From the NCBI RefSeq assembly GCF_009914755.1, contig NC_060928.1: 64,000 nt of DNA, one strand, 5' to 3'. Shown piece after piece: positions 1 to 12,310 of this stretch. This stretch comes from the human T2T-CHM13v2.0 reference genome, Homo sapiens. Below the pieces are notes generated by a model. It was not told the origin of the DNA, made no database searches, and saw nothing but the letters and a program-made list of their open reading frames with translations. The translations under genes were made by a program, and so were the position numbers. Numbering within the stretch: the stretch's first letter is position 1; each line of letters opens with the position of its first letter.

Positions 1-1307
1 TATTATCTCTGATATTTTTCAGAGTTCTCAAAAATCTGCATAGCATATCATAACAGTTATGGGAAATTGTTCATAGCATTTCATCACCTCTAACTTCTAT
101 TCCAAAGCTACTGATTTTAAAGCTTGGTTTTCAGCACTAAAGAACTATCATCACATAAATAAGATGTGATGCCTTATGTGATCTAAAAGTATTTTAAATC
201 ATATTAACCATGAATGGTAAGATAACAGCAAAGCAGTCATCACAGTCCCTCAGAGAAGTTCCAGTTCCCATAAACAAAAGCACAATGCCCAGAATACTAA
301 TAAATGATGGGGACATTTCTAGTTAACAGCTAATGTGGCAGTACCCTGTGGGAGCAGTAAACACAGCCTACAAGTCACTTGACAGACAGCCTTGAAATTA
401 ATCTTTTTTTATATGCTACAGATATTCATTATTTCACATTTTTCATAAAGAAATATTTCATTAATATGTTAGGCGGTTGTCAATTTACATGATGCAAATT
501 CCCCTAGAATGTGGCAGACACAATGTATTTAATTTTTCAGAAAAATTCTAAATCACACAAGGTGTCTAGGTTCAAGACTGGTGGTAAATAAATAAAAAGT
601 GCTGCCTCCAGTACCAAGATTCAAATTGGCTAACCTGTTATGGGAGTTCTGGCAATCAGCATAATGAGTTATAAGTATATACAATAGAAAAATCTGAGAA
701 TATTCTGCTATGTATAATCTTAGCTTCAACTAAACAAAAAAAAATTTACTTGTAAAATTTCCTTTGGTTCAAGGACTTTTATATGTTTATTTTAGGGGTT
801 AGCCAAAATATTTTAAGAAGAAATTAAGTTCATTTTCACATTTCTTAGCCTAGCATGACCTTTGAGATTCTGATAAATAATTTGGCAAAAGTAAAAGTAA
901 ATTTGGCTTACTTTGTAGTTGTTATCGATTCTCTGAAAAAAAAAATTATGCAGAGAACATTTTGATTCTTAAAAGGATATATTTCTCTATAATTAATAGT
1001 CCCTTATCTTGCTTGGCTGAGCGAGTGTGAAAAAGAAACTGCTCTGTACGTATGAAGATAAACCAAGTGCACAGATTAAAAGGAAGGTATGGTGGATAAT
1101 TATAGAAAGGCTGGCTATGAAATACTATTCTCTGTTTAGTTGAATATGCTGTAAAATAATAAAATGGTTACAAACTAGAGAGAATGACTGCAGGGATCTT
1201 TGGTATGCATTTAAAAAGCATCACTTGCTCCTTTTCCATTTATTTTTTAAGAGAAAAAAATTAACATTAGAAATCCTTCAATTTGGAACACCAACGTCTG
1301 TTAAAAT

Positions 1308-1460
1308 ACCAAGTTACCTGAAATACCCATCATGAACCAAGTGCTATACGACTCACTGAGCCATAGAACTAGGTGTGCCCGGCAGCCCTGCATCATCAAA
1401 TGGACATTGCCTATATTAAATAGCTCAAACAGGTCCTGAAGGCACAAGTAAGTGGTACCA
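1308..1460 (+). mobile_element. Degenerate ERVL (HERVL/ERVL-E-like) internal pol fragment
   Basis: Translates as IPIMNQVLYDSLSHRTRCARQPCIIKW then, after a frameshift, AQTGPEGTSK. This resembles the ERVL pol motif PIMNWVLSDPPSHKVGRAQQHSIIKWKW...AGPEGTSKL. Confidence 0.7.
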
Positions 1461-2064
1461 GCAATGGCTCTGATTCCTATGGCATAACATCTGTCCACAA
1501 GCCCCCAAGTTGCTCTTCACATAATATTGGCCACATAGGAAGGAATAAAAAGAAAAAAGAAAGCAGCAGAAAGACTGTTTCATGGAGTGATTGGGAATAC
1601 GCTTTGCAGAAGGAACAGCACCCACCCATTTTATAGCCTTTTCCAACATGTGCTCCGTGGAACACTAGATCTGTAGTTGCGAGCAGATATTACACATGCA
1701 CACACAGATATGAGTTCTGGAGTTACAGACATTTGAGAAATACTTGGTTCAATAAACTGAAATTTACTTAGTGGTCCTTGCATCTTTACACATAGTTTTC
1801 CCACACTTTCAGATTTCCATTCTATTTAATAGGTTAGATTATGTCACCAACTAGTTACCCTCAAGAAAAATTACTAGTGCATCCCAGAATGTTGTTTGTT
1901 ACCTCTTTCCTCCCTAATCACCATGCAACACTGTATATTCCGTACAGTGGGGGGCCATAATTATTCCTACTTTTTTCACAATTGACACTTAAAAGAGATA
2001 GACACCACCACCAAGGGCATGTTCCCTCCCCATCCAGGTATAAATGCATTTGTGTTCTCAGGCA

Positions 2065-2277
2065 GGGGAGCATCACACACCAGGGCCTGTCAGGGGGTGG
2101 GAGCAAGGAGAGGCAGAGCATTAGGACAAATAACTAATGCATGTAAGGCTTAAAATCTAGATGACGGGTTGATAGGGGCAGCAAACCACCATGGCACATG
2201 TATACCTATGTAACAAACCTGCATGTTCTGAACATGTATCCCAGAACTTAAGAAAAATAAAATAGTAAGTAAATAAA
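2065..2277 (+). mobile_element. Severely 5'-truncated L1PA (about L1PA7/8) 3' UTR
   Basis: Contains ttaggacaaataactaatgcatg...gcaaaccaccatggcacatgtatacctatgtaacaaacctgca and an A-rich tail. Direct repeat taaatgcatttgt at 2041-2053 and 2278-2290. Confidence 0.9.
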
Positions 2278-2389
2278 TAAATGCATTTGTCTCCCAAGCA
2301 CATCTATGCTTATGTTAAATGTGAAAGGTTATCTCTTATGTAGGAGTGTGAAGGTCAGATGCCAAGAATTTGCTCTCCAATTGACAAGA

Positions 2390-2580
2390 GCCACACTATC
2401 CAATACAGTAGGCATTAGCCATATGTGGTTATTTAAAATTAAACTTCCAATGTAGTTCTTCACTCACACTAGCCACCTTTCAGGTGTTCACTAGTCACAG
2501 GTGGCCAGTGGCTACAGCACTGAACAGTGTGGGCATAGTAAATTTCCATCGTCATAGAAAGTTCTATTGAATAGCACTGG
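2390..2580 (-). mobile_element. MER3-like hAT-Charlie MITE
   Basis: tagccatatgtggttattt...tttccatcgtcatagaaagttctattgaatagcactg matches the reverse MER3 consensus. Confidence 0.75.
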
Positions 2581-3319
2581 ACTAGTGTTACATCACACAT
2601 ATACACATGCTGCTTTAAGGAAGGAGCTCACTAAATCTCAGGAGCCTTCAGAATCTCACAAGGAAATCCTGACTTTGCAGCATCCACTCCTCTAACCAGC
2701 CTTAGCTAAGTGACTGCTGGCAACAAGCAAGCAGGAAAAGAAAATTCACATTGTCAGCATAATCCTGCCTCCCAAAAGAAACCATTATAAACCACAAGGA
2801 GCTTAAGCATATGCACACGGGCACACATTCACAGTCTCTTTTCTCCATATAGGAGATAACAGGCTGATTTACGTAAGTACTCACGATGGTTTGAACTATC
2901 CTGTTTCCTGTGTGTTTATTATGCCCGTCATTTTTGGTTCTCCCAAAACTACTTTAGTCTCCTCAATTCTAACCTATTCAATATAGTTGAAGAAGTGAGA
3001 GGAGCCTTTGGAGAGCTGACCACCCTGAGATAATATGGTCAGCTGGACAGGCCCCAAACCACCAGGACTTGCCCCACCTTTACTTGTTGAAGAGTTACAT
3101 ATCATATACCAATTTAGCTAACTTTAAAAGTTTACGTCTTACATGCTTAGTGTAGTTTCTATATCTTTTCACAATCTCTCCACCTAATGTGGTTTACATT
3201 TGGTTAATATTCCCTAAAGGAACCAGATTCAACAAGTCAAGGGGCAGAGATTCCAATGAATCTGGTCAAGAATAAGCCAGAATCAGAAATCAAAGTATCA
3301 GCCAACATCTCAAACCATA

Positions 3320-3492
3320 ATTCCCAAACCTGGTTGCATGCCAGAAAAATGTTGGAGCTTTAAAAACACCAATGTCTAGGCCCTGTCCCCAGATACACTG
3401 ATTAAATTAGTCTGGGAATCAAGATCATTTAAAATCTCATTAAGTGGTTTTCATATAGTACAGACAATGGTCAGAAGTCAAAACCGCTGTCT
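3320..3492. mobile_element. MER5-family hAT MITE
   Basis: ttcccaaacctggttgcat...ggagctttaaaaacaccaatgtctaggccc...ccccaga...aaaaccgctg. Confidence 0.55.
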
Positions 3493-3690
3493 TAGAAAAT
3501 ACCTGAGTCTCATCCTCTAGAGCAGGGGCTATCAAAGCATAGCCTGTGAGCCAAATCTAGCCCCACACCTAGGGACCCATTTGTTTATGTCTTGTCTGTG
3601 GCTGCTTTCCCTGCTACAATGGCAGATTTAAGGAGTTGCAACAGAGACCATCTGAACCACAAAGCCAAAAGTATTTACTGTCTTGCCATT

Positions 3691-4486
3691 TGCTAAAGTC
3701 TGAATGTTTGTGTCCCCTCAAAAATGTATATGTTGAGACTAAATCCACAGTGCAGTGGTGATGGGAGGTGAGGCATCTGGGTGGTGATTAGGTCATGAGG
3801 GTGGAGCCCAGACAAATGGGATGAATGCACTTATAAAAAGAGGCCTGAGAGAGCTTGTTTGTACCTTTCAACATGTGAGAACACATAGAAGGCATCATCT
3901 ATGAGGAACGAGCTCTCACCAGACACCAAATCCCCTGGTGCCATAATCTTGCATTTCCCAAGCTTCAGAACTGTTGGCAATAAATTTCTTTTGTCTAGGT
4001 TTTTAAATTTTATTTATTTATTTTTAGAGACAGAATCTTGCTCTGTCATCCAGGCAAGGTGATGTGACCATAGATCACTGCAGACTCAAACTCCTGGGTT
4101 CAAACAATCTTCTTGGTTCAGCCTCCGGAGTAGCTGGAACTACGAGAGTGTGCATCACCATGCCTGGCTTTTTTTTTTTTTTTTCCACTTCTGTGCAGAC
4201 AAGGTCTCACCATGTTACCCAGGCTTTTCTCAAACTCCTGGCTTCATGCAATCCTCCTGCTCAGCCTCCCAAGTAGCTAGGACTATGAGTATGGGCCACC
4301 AGACCCGGCTAATATTTTTTTACTTTTGTGGAGACAAGGTCTCATTATGTTGCCCAGGCTTATCTTGAACTCCTGGGCTCAAGCAATCCTCCTGCCTTGG
4401 CCTCCCAAAGTGCTAGGAGTACAGGCTGTTGTTTACCAATTACCCAGTCTAAGGTATTCTGTTACAGCAGCCCAAATGGACTGATA
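3691..4486 (+). mobile_element. MLT1A/MLT1A0 MaLR solo LTR, interrupted by an Alu
   Basis: tgctaaagtctgaatgtttgtgtcccctc...ggtgattaggtcatgagggtggagccc...aataaatttct...cccagtctaaggtattctgttacagcagcccaaatggact. 5-bp TSD ccatt at 3686-3690 and 4487-4491. Confidence 0.85.
4000..4427 (-). mobile_element. AluJ with an extra FLAM-like monomer (4169-4309) in its linker, giving three monomers
   Basis: Three successive antisense Alu monomers, each preceded by a T-rich tract. Confidence 0.85.
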
Positions 4487-4523
4487 CCATTACAGAAAAT
4501 GTTTGCTGACCCTGGCCCTAGAG

Positions 4524-4617
4524 CAGTGATCCTCAGAGCAGCATAAGCATCACCTGGAAACTTGTTAGATATGTAAACTCTTAGGCCCACCCCAGACCTA
4601 CTGAATCAGAAACTCTG
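4524..4617 (+). mobile_element. MER5A fragment
   Basis: gcatcacctggaaacttgttagatatgtaaactcttaggcccaccccagacctactgaatcagaaactctg. Confidence 0.8.
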
Positions 4618-5275
4618 TGACCTTCTCCTGCCCACTTCTCACTTGCCCCAAGGCAGAGCTCTACTCTTCCTCACCTTTCTGATGGTTGGTCTTAAGACCC
4701 TCCCCAGAGAGGGTCTTGCCCTGTACCCTGTGGGAGGGAATGCTGGCATCCTGCAGCTTCCATCAAAACCCAAGAGGACTGGGTTCGGAGAGCTTCTGGG
4801 TAACAGAACACACGGGGCTTCTTGAAGGGTGGCGCGCCCAGGGAGGGCGAGGAGGCACCATGCCCTTAACCCCCGCGCATCTGTTCATCTGTATCCTTTG
4901 TAGTATCCTTTATAAAAATAAATAAATAAGTGTTTCTCTGAGTTCTGTGAGCCTCTCCAGCAAATTAATTGAGCTCAAAGAGGGGGTCAGCCATAGGAAC
5001 CCAAACTTGAAGCTGATCTGTCAGAAGTTCCGGGGGCCTGGACTTGTGACTGGTATCTAGGGGTTTGAGGGGCAGTCTTGGAGACTGAGCCCCCAACCTG
5101 TGGGATCGGACACTATCTCTAGGTAGAATTGAATGGGAGGACACCCAGCTGGTGTCTGCTGCTTGGTGTAGGGGGAAAAAAACCCACACATTTGGTCACA
5201 GAAGTCTTCTGTGTTGATTGTTGTGGTGTAAAAACAGAGAAAAAACATGATTTGAGAGTTATTTTCCCCAAACAC
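4618..5275 (+). mobile_element. MER21-family LTR
   Basis: taagtgtttctctgagttctgtgagc...agcaaattaattga...ctgagcccccaacctgtgggatc...ggacacccagctggtgtctgctg...cacatttggtcacagaagt. Confidence 0.8.
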
Positions 5276-5727
5276 CTCCCAAACTTCAAATCAAAATAAT
5301 TAAATGGTCCACCAACATGAGAGTTTTTTCAAATATTCAATAGGAACAGCTATCCTCAAGTAATCTGGTAAATTTAGGTGCAAATGCTGCCAAATTATTA
5401 TCACCTTGGGAATTTTTACATTTTTAAAGAGACTTTTTTTTTGAAAACTCATTAATCCAATGGGATGCATTTCAGATGTAGGAATTTTAAGCACTTGTCA
5501 GTGAGGTAAATATTTCAGTAATTTTTAAGGAATGAGGTATTCTTTAGCAACCCTCATACATCTGATATAGGTGTTCTTAAAAATGTATTTCTCTGCCTTA
5601 TATAATGCTAGATTTCTGATCATGTATACATCTTTGCTTTGTATTTGTAACATACAATTCCAAAATTTTATATCAGCCCTTTTTCCTTATCAATGTCATG
5701 GTAATCAATTCAATTCACTTCTTTTCT

Positions 5728-6039
5728 TTCTTTCTTTTTTTTTTTTTTTTTTTTTTTGAGACGGAGTCTCACTCCATTGCCCAGGCTGTAGTGCAGTGGT
5801 GCAATCTCAGCTCACTGCAACCTCTCCGCCTCGCAGGTTCAAGCAATTCTCCTTCCTCAGCCTCCCAAGTAGATGGGATTACAGGCACCCACCACCATGC
5901 CCAGCTAATTTTTCTATTTTTAGTAGAGATGGGGTTTCACCCTGTTGGCCAGGCTGGTCTCAAACTCCTGACCTTGTGATCCACCCACCTCGGCCTCCCA
6001 AAGGGCTGGGATTACAGGTGTGAGCCTCCGCACTTGGCC
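5728..6039 (-). mobile_element. AluS (Sg/Sc-like)
   Basis: Full dimer with poly-T on the + strand. TSD cactt(c/a)ttttct. Confidence 0.95.
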
Positions 6040-6215
6040 CACTTATTTTCTACTCACCTATTTTGTCCAAAATACTGTGTTCAAACCTGACACATGCCTT
6101 TGAGTTTTCACATAGCATAGTGAGGTAGACAAGTGCATCAGCTCTATTATTGTAGTAGAGTAGGTGACCTTACGCTGTTAAGTCAGCACAGACAAGCAGC
6201 AGGCATTTTAACAGA

Positions 6216-6703
6216 GTACCAGTTTTCTATTGGTAACAAATAACCACAAACTTAGCAGCTTCAAACAACTGTATTGTCTTACATTTGTGTAAGTGAGGAG
6301 TCCCACACAGGTGTCACTAGGCTAAAATCAAGGCATCTGCCAGGCTGCATTCCTTTCTGGAAGCTCTAGGAAGAAATCCATTTCCTTTTCAGCTCCACTG
6401 GCTTCCTACATTCCTTGTCTTGTGGCTTCTTTCTTTATCTTCAAAGATAGAAACTTTGCATCTCTCTTCCCTGCTTCTATCTTCATGTCTCTTTCTGACC
6501 ACAGTCAGGGAAAGTTCTTTTCTTTTAAAGACTTGTGATTAGACTGGGCCCACTCATATAATCCAGGATAATCTCCCAGGATGAAGATCCTCTACGTGAA
6601 TTTCATCTGCTAAATTCTTTTTGCCATGTCACATATTCTAAGGTTCCAGGGATTGGGATTCGGATGTGGACATACAAGAGGGAGTATTTTTCTACCTACC
6701 ACA
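6216..6703 (-). mobile_element. MLT1D/E-like MaLR solo LTR
   Basis: taacaaataaccacaaacttagcagcttcaaacaac...ggctaaaatcaaggc...ataatccaggataatctccc...tacctaccaca. Confidence 0.8.
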
Positions 6704-6938
6704 GAGAGTGAGGAAGAAGAAACAAAGCAGCGTAAAAAGACCCTGGAAGAGATGAACCTTGAGCCAAGTCTTGAAGGTGTAGTGGGAATTAGCCAGCTGG
6801 AGAAGGGGGAAAGCATTTTTTGATAAGATACTTATATTATTTCACCAACAAATATTTTTATGCTGCTCCTACCAGGTTCCAGGCACTATCCAATGACATT
6901 GGGAGTATAGGACATAGTCAAAGAATTGCAAGTAGCAC

Positions 6939-7518
6939 TGCGACCAGAAAGAGGTCCCAATCCAGACCCCAAGAGGATCTCGTGCAAGAAAGAATTTGAG
7001 GCGAGTCATTAAAGTGAAAGCAAGTTTATTAAGAAAGTAAAGGAATAAAAGAGTGACAACTCCATAGGCAGAGCAGCCACAAGGGCTGCTGGTTGACTAT
7101 TTTTATGGTTATTTCTTGATTATATGCTAAACAAGGGATGGATTATTCAGAAGTTTTCCAGGAAAGGGGTGGGCAATCCCCAGAGCTGAAGGTTCCTCCC
7201 CTTTTTAGACCATATAAAGTAACTTCCTGACATTGACATGGCATTTGTAAACTGTCATGGCGTTGGTGGGAGTGTAGCTGTGAGAATGACCAGAGGTCAC
7301 CCTCATTGCCATCTTGGTTTTGGAGGGTTTTAGCCGGCTTCTTTACTACAACCTGTTTTATCAGCAAGGTCTTTATGACCTGTATCTTGTGCCAGCTTCC
7401 TATCTCATTCTGTGACTTAGAATGCCTTAACCATCTGAGAATGCAGCCCAGTAGGTTTCAGCCTTATTTTACCCAACCCCTATTCAAAATGTAGTTGCTG
7501 TGGTTCAAATGCCTGACA
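6939..7518 (-). mobile_element. MER41 (B-like) ERV1 solo LTR
   Basis: TG...CA ends, 4-bp TSD gcac/gcat, and gaaagcaagtttattaagaaagtaaaggaataaaag...ggcatttgtaaactgtcatggcg...tgtgacttagaatgccttaacc. Confidence 0.9.
7156..7164. promoter_or_regulatory. GAS (STAT1) motif TTCCAGGAA inside MER41
   Basis: Matches TTCNNNGAA where MER41B carries tandem GAS sites. The second site is degenerate (atccccagagc). Confidence 0.5.
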
Positions 7519-7529
7519 GCATGGGAAAG

Positions 7530-8750
7530 CCAGAATATAGGGGGAATGTTAGGGGTGATTGGAAGCTCAAGCTAGCAAGTAGTCAGGGACCAGGTTATGA
7601 GAGTTTTGAACACCTGTTCAGAAGTTTGGATTTTATCCTGAAAGTGATGGGGAGCTACAAAAGTAACTTATGCAGGAGGTGATGTTATCAGATGTGTCTT
7701 TCAAAAAAAAAAAAAGAAATAACTCAGCAATGAAAATTATGGATACAATAGAAAAGAACCTAGCATAGTGACATTGTTAGTGGTGATGGGAAATAGATGT
7801 ATTCAAGAGACATTTAAAAAGTAAAACTCACAGAGAAGTGTAAGGAAGAGGAAGAGATATACTTGAAGAAAACTACCAGAATTCTACCTTGGTTGAATAA
7901 TGAGGTGGTGATTCCATCAAGACAGGGAATGCAGAAAAGAGTGGATTCAAAGTGAATGTGACTTTTGTGTTGTACACATTACGTTTGCAGTGAAATTCTA
8001 TTTAGGATATTTACTAGACATTTCAATATAATAAGCTAGATCTTAGGTACCTGGGCTACAGTTGTACATTGCTGAGTCTTTAAAAAACAAAAAAGATGGT
8101 AATTAATATGATGGGGATAAATCAAAGCAAATAATGAGAGAATGTAAAGTGAAAAAAGAAGACAGGAGGACACCAAAAGAAAGGGTGGACAAAAGGAGTC
8201 TATGAAAAATGCCAGGAAAGAGATGACAGGAAGTAGAAAAACAGTAACAAAAGAGTTGTTGTATCAGCCAGAGGAGAATTTCAAAACTGATTGGTCAATC
8301 TGGTAAAATAAGGCAGAATAGTCAAGTAAGAAAGTATTGAAAAGAAAAGGAAAGGAAAGGAAAGTATTGAAAAGGAAGCAAAATGAATCAGCAGAGGATA
8401 AAGAGAATATTCAAAGAGAGAAAGATATTTGAAAAAGTCAAGGTCCCAGAGAGTGCAAACCCACAACATCAGTTGAATTTTTAGACTGAGCAAGAAGACT
8501 GCTAGCTTTTCTCCAAGAGTGAAGGAAAAGGTGGGTTTGGATGCAGTAACTATAATTTTATAAGTTAAGGAAGTTCCAAAATTAAAGACTATATTCTCTC
8601 TGAAGCAGACAGTGATGAAATCTATTAAGAGGGGAGGGCTCTAGAGAGGTGGGGATTTAAGAACAAGATGAAGACTTGAAATACTCTATGAGAGAATGGG
8701 AACCAGAAAGTTGTTTGTCAAGGAGTGTTGAGGGCCAGCTTAGGTTGACA
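7530..8750 (-). mobile_element. Fragmented L2
   Basis: Purine-rich L2-like tracts, e.g. tttggattttatcctgaaagtgatggggagctac...gatgttatcagat. Confidence 0.5.
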
Positions 8751-8829
8751 GGTATGGGTTAGTGATGGCAGCCTCCTGCAGAAAGTTCTGGAGACCTGAC
8801 GTTGTTACTGACAACAGGCACACCTCGCT

Positions 8830-9196
8830 TGTTCTTCCTTAACACTCTTCCACTAGCCATTTCTTGTCCCTGCCATATTCCTCTGTTGATCTCCTGGCTG
8901 ACTTCACCTTGGAATTCAGGTCCCAGCTGGGAATGTCATTTCCTTTAGAGAGAACTTTACTGATCAACCTGAAGTAGCCTCTGGAGTTACTCCCTATCAT
9001 GCCAGTGTATTTTGCCTTCTTTAGAACTTGTATCACTCTGTAATATTTTCCCGTTCACTTATTTCATTATTCCTGTCTGCCTTCTTCTCACTAGAACATA
9101 AGCCTTCATGAGAAATGGAACCTTATCAGTTTTGTTTATACAGCACCCCACTCTCTAGCACATAGTAGGTGATCAATAAATATTTCATGTTGAATA
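8830..9196 (+). mobile_element. L2 3' end
   Basis: ctagaacataagccttcatgag...ctagcacatagtaggtgatcaataaatatttcatgttgaat. Confidence 0.7.
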
Positions 9197-11379
9197 TTTT
9201 GTGATTTTGCTTAAGTCGCTCAGAGGGCAGGGTATAGGGAAGGAAAAAGCAGTGAAAATGGTGACTAAAGTAAAGGGAGAAAATGTGCTGTTCAGATGGG
9301 TCAATAGACTGGAGGAAAATAGATGTCGAGGGCCTGGAAGGTTTAGTGGGAGAAATGATAGGAAGATATTGGAGTTTCTTTACAAAACAGTTTAATCATG
9401 GAAAACTCCAGACATATACAAAAATAGGAATGAGTCCCTGTACTCAGCCACAGGTTGAACAATTAGCAAGTCACTGCAATCTTTTATTCTCTACTTGCCA
9501 CCCACTCAATCCTTTCATCCAAAAGAAATTACAGTTACTGCATCCACAGATGTCAAAGTAAAATACCTGACATATCATTTTACCCATAAATATTTTGATA
9601 TACCCCTAAAAGATGTAAAAAAATCATTATCACAGTCGAAAATTAAAACTTCTTCCCTAGTTACCAGAACTTAGCATTCAGAAGTACAGAAATTCCAGCT
9701 GACAAGCTTCAGGATAGAGTCATGGGTGTAGGAGACTAAGGGAATAGGAGGTGGGTATTTATGGCAGTGATGATTTAGTGAATCTGACATCTCTGGCTGT
9801 AAAAGTTAACAATAATTTTTTCCAGGATAATGGCAGTACTTCTGGCACAGAAAGGAATCAGGTGCCCAGTAAATTGAAGGAAGAGTACAAAGAATCAGGT
9901 AACAAGATCCTGTAGATGAGCAATGCAGAAATGAATAAAACTTGATTACTTTTAATTACATATTCCCAACTGTCACTTACGTGACATTATAGCATACATG
10001 TACATTCTATTGTTTCTATTTTAATGTAGTTCTTCAATCAAATATGGGAATTTTTAGTTATAATTTCTACTAAGCGTAGCTATATAAATTGCCAGTCATC
10101 ACTTTTGGGAATACTTATCATCAGAGAGAGAGAGAGAAACTACTAAAGATTATGCTTAGAAAGGGGGGAAGTTTGCAAGATAGAAATTGTACAATATAGT
10201 GTGGAAGAGAAAAAGGAAACTCAGAGACACTGAGCCTGGATCTCAGCATGCACTCGCCAGCCTGTTTGGGGAACAGGAGCACAACATTGTTGAGAGCAAG
10301 TGACAATATGACTTCTGGCATAAAGTATAAAAGACAGGAGAACAACAGAATCACTGCATATGTCCATAGGTTGGTGAATTACCACTATGCAGTTTAACTA
10401 AAAATTATTCAAAGCATCTCAGGCCTTAATTTTACCTCTGGAATTATGTTGAAGCCTGGAATAAAGAAGGAAGAATTCTATGTCCTAAAATTACAATGGC
10501 ATTAAACATTTGCAAGAAGGACAAATATCAAAACAGTGTTTATCATGCACATTATCATATTATCTGTGGCAAAGCAAAAGAAATTTACAACAATCTCACT
10601 GAAATGGGGAGATAGAAATCCTTTAAAAACTCAAGAATGCAGGGAATCTTAATGAAAAACTTAATTGTATACCATCCATGATTGCTGATTTATATGTATA
10701 AAATATCACTGTGGCTTTCTTTAACATACTTTTTATCATTTAATTTTTGTGAACTTAAATATCTGGAAGTCTTTTCAAAGTATTCATCTTAATCTGACCT
10801 CCTAACCTTATATTTGTAATACCTTTATCCTTCAATTCTTTCCACAAGGATTTTCAGGGAACTCGTCTTGGCTAGGAGGAATCAACCACTTTCCTTATTT
10901 CTGTAGTGCCTTATTTATTGGAGGCCTGGCTTAATTTCTTTTAAGTCTGAGCCTAAGAATGTGTACAAATTTGTATGACTGGTATTTCAATTTCAGAGCA
11001 ACATATTTTCAACTGGTGACTTGGGTTATTCTAAGATTATGTGACATTTTAGAAATAGGAAAAGGTAACTTGCTTTCTCTGTCTCACCTTTATAAAGTGG
11101 TGCAGAAAATATTACTAGTTATCTGATAGAAAACTTCTATCAAATCAGTGTCTACCCAAAAGCAAGAAAGCCCCAGTCCTAAACACTGCTCAGAATAATG
11201 AAGAATTGTTGTATTTTACCAATCGTCAGAAAATGTAACCCAGGATGGCCCTATTTTCCCCTAAAAGATTCTTAGAAAGTAGTCATTGACAAGTCAATGA
11301 GTCATTTTTTTAAACCTATTCTTCCTTACCTGTTTAGCACTTTTTGCCAGGAGATAGGGTTTCCATAGTTCATATTTGC

Positions 11380-11697
11380 ATGTACTTTCCTCTCATCCAA
11401 AGGGGATACATTCCAAGACCCCCAGTGAATACCTGAAACTGCAGGTGGTATTAAATCTCATATACACTGTGTTTTATCCTATATGTACACACCTATGATA
11501 AAGTTTAATTTATAAGTTAGGCACAGTAAGAGATGAACAATAATAACTAATAATAAAATAGAACAATTTTAATAATATGGCATAAGTTATGTGAATGTGG
11601 TCTCTCAATATTTTATTGTACTGTACTCACCTGTTTTCTGACCTCAGCTGATCTCAGGTAACTAAAACCACTGAAAGTGAAACTTGATAAGGAGAAA
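11380..11697. mobile_element. MER44A-like (Tigger7) MITE
   Basis: ggggatacattccaagacccccagtgaatacctgaaactg...gataaagtttaatttataagttaggcacagtaagag. Confidence 0.8.
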
Positions 11698-12194
11698 TCC
11701 TTCACCAGCAACCTTAAAAAGCCTATTTGCACTTCATTTTCTACCTACTAAAAAGAAAAATACACTCAATATAATTCTGCACTACAAAAGTAAGTGCAAT
11801 CATTTTCGAAATTGCCTAGAGATGTTTGAAATGTGCATTTTGCCCCTCATCTAACACAATTTTTCTACATAATTGACACAACACACTCAAATCTTTTCAA
11901 AAGGCAGAGTATCCTCTGACTCTTATTTTCTACCTTTATATTCTAGCACCTTCCTGAAATTTTTCTGTAGTTTAATGCTGGAATAACAGCACCTTTATGG
12001 CAACCATTTAATAATATTTGCTTCCTTTCTGTAGGTGAGCAATAACTCTAATTAGAGTCAGCCATAAAAAATAACACACCTAGTGGTATAGAGTGCAAGG
12101 GAAATTAGACTTGATAGGCATGAAGATATTACACTCAAAGAAAAGACTTTAATAAAATCTAAAATAACAGAGCATAGCCTTGGAAAGCTATCAT

Positions 12195-12310
12195 AGAATT
12201 CAGGGGTAGTAGTGCTAGAAATTACTTGGTCTACCCTCCATGTTTTACTGAGGAAAAAACTAAACACCCAGAGAGCAAGCCGCCTGTGTGAGTTCTGATT
12301 AATGAGAGTC
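12195..12310 (-). mobile_element. MIR-like fragment
   Basis: ctccatgttttactgaggaaaaaactaaacacccagagag resembles the MIR core. Confidence 0.45.

Larger units (their letters stand above)
3523..4514 (+). mobile_element. MER58A-like MITE, split by a nested MLT1A0 (pieces 3523-3690 and about 4492-4514)
   Basis: Runs caggggctatcaaa...gccaaaagtatttactgtcttgccatt and resumes acagaaaatgtttgctgaccctg. Flanks ctctagag/ccctagag resemble an 8-bp hAT TSD. Confidence 0.8.

Noticed and set aside
8328-8378. Short direct repeat gaaagtattgaaaag x2
   Set aside because: Ordinary slippage in a GA-rich tract.
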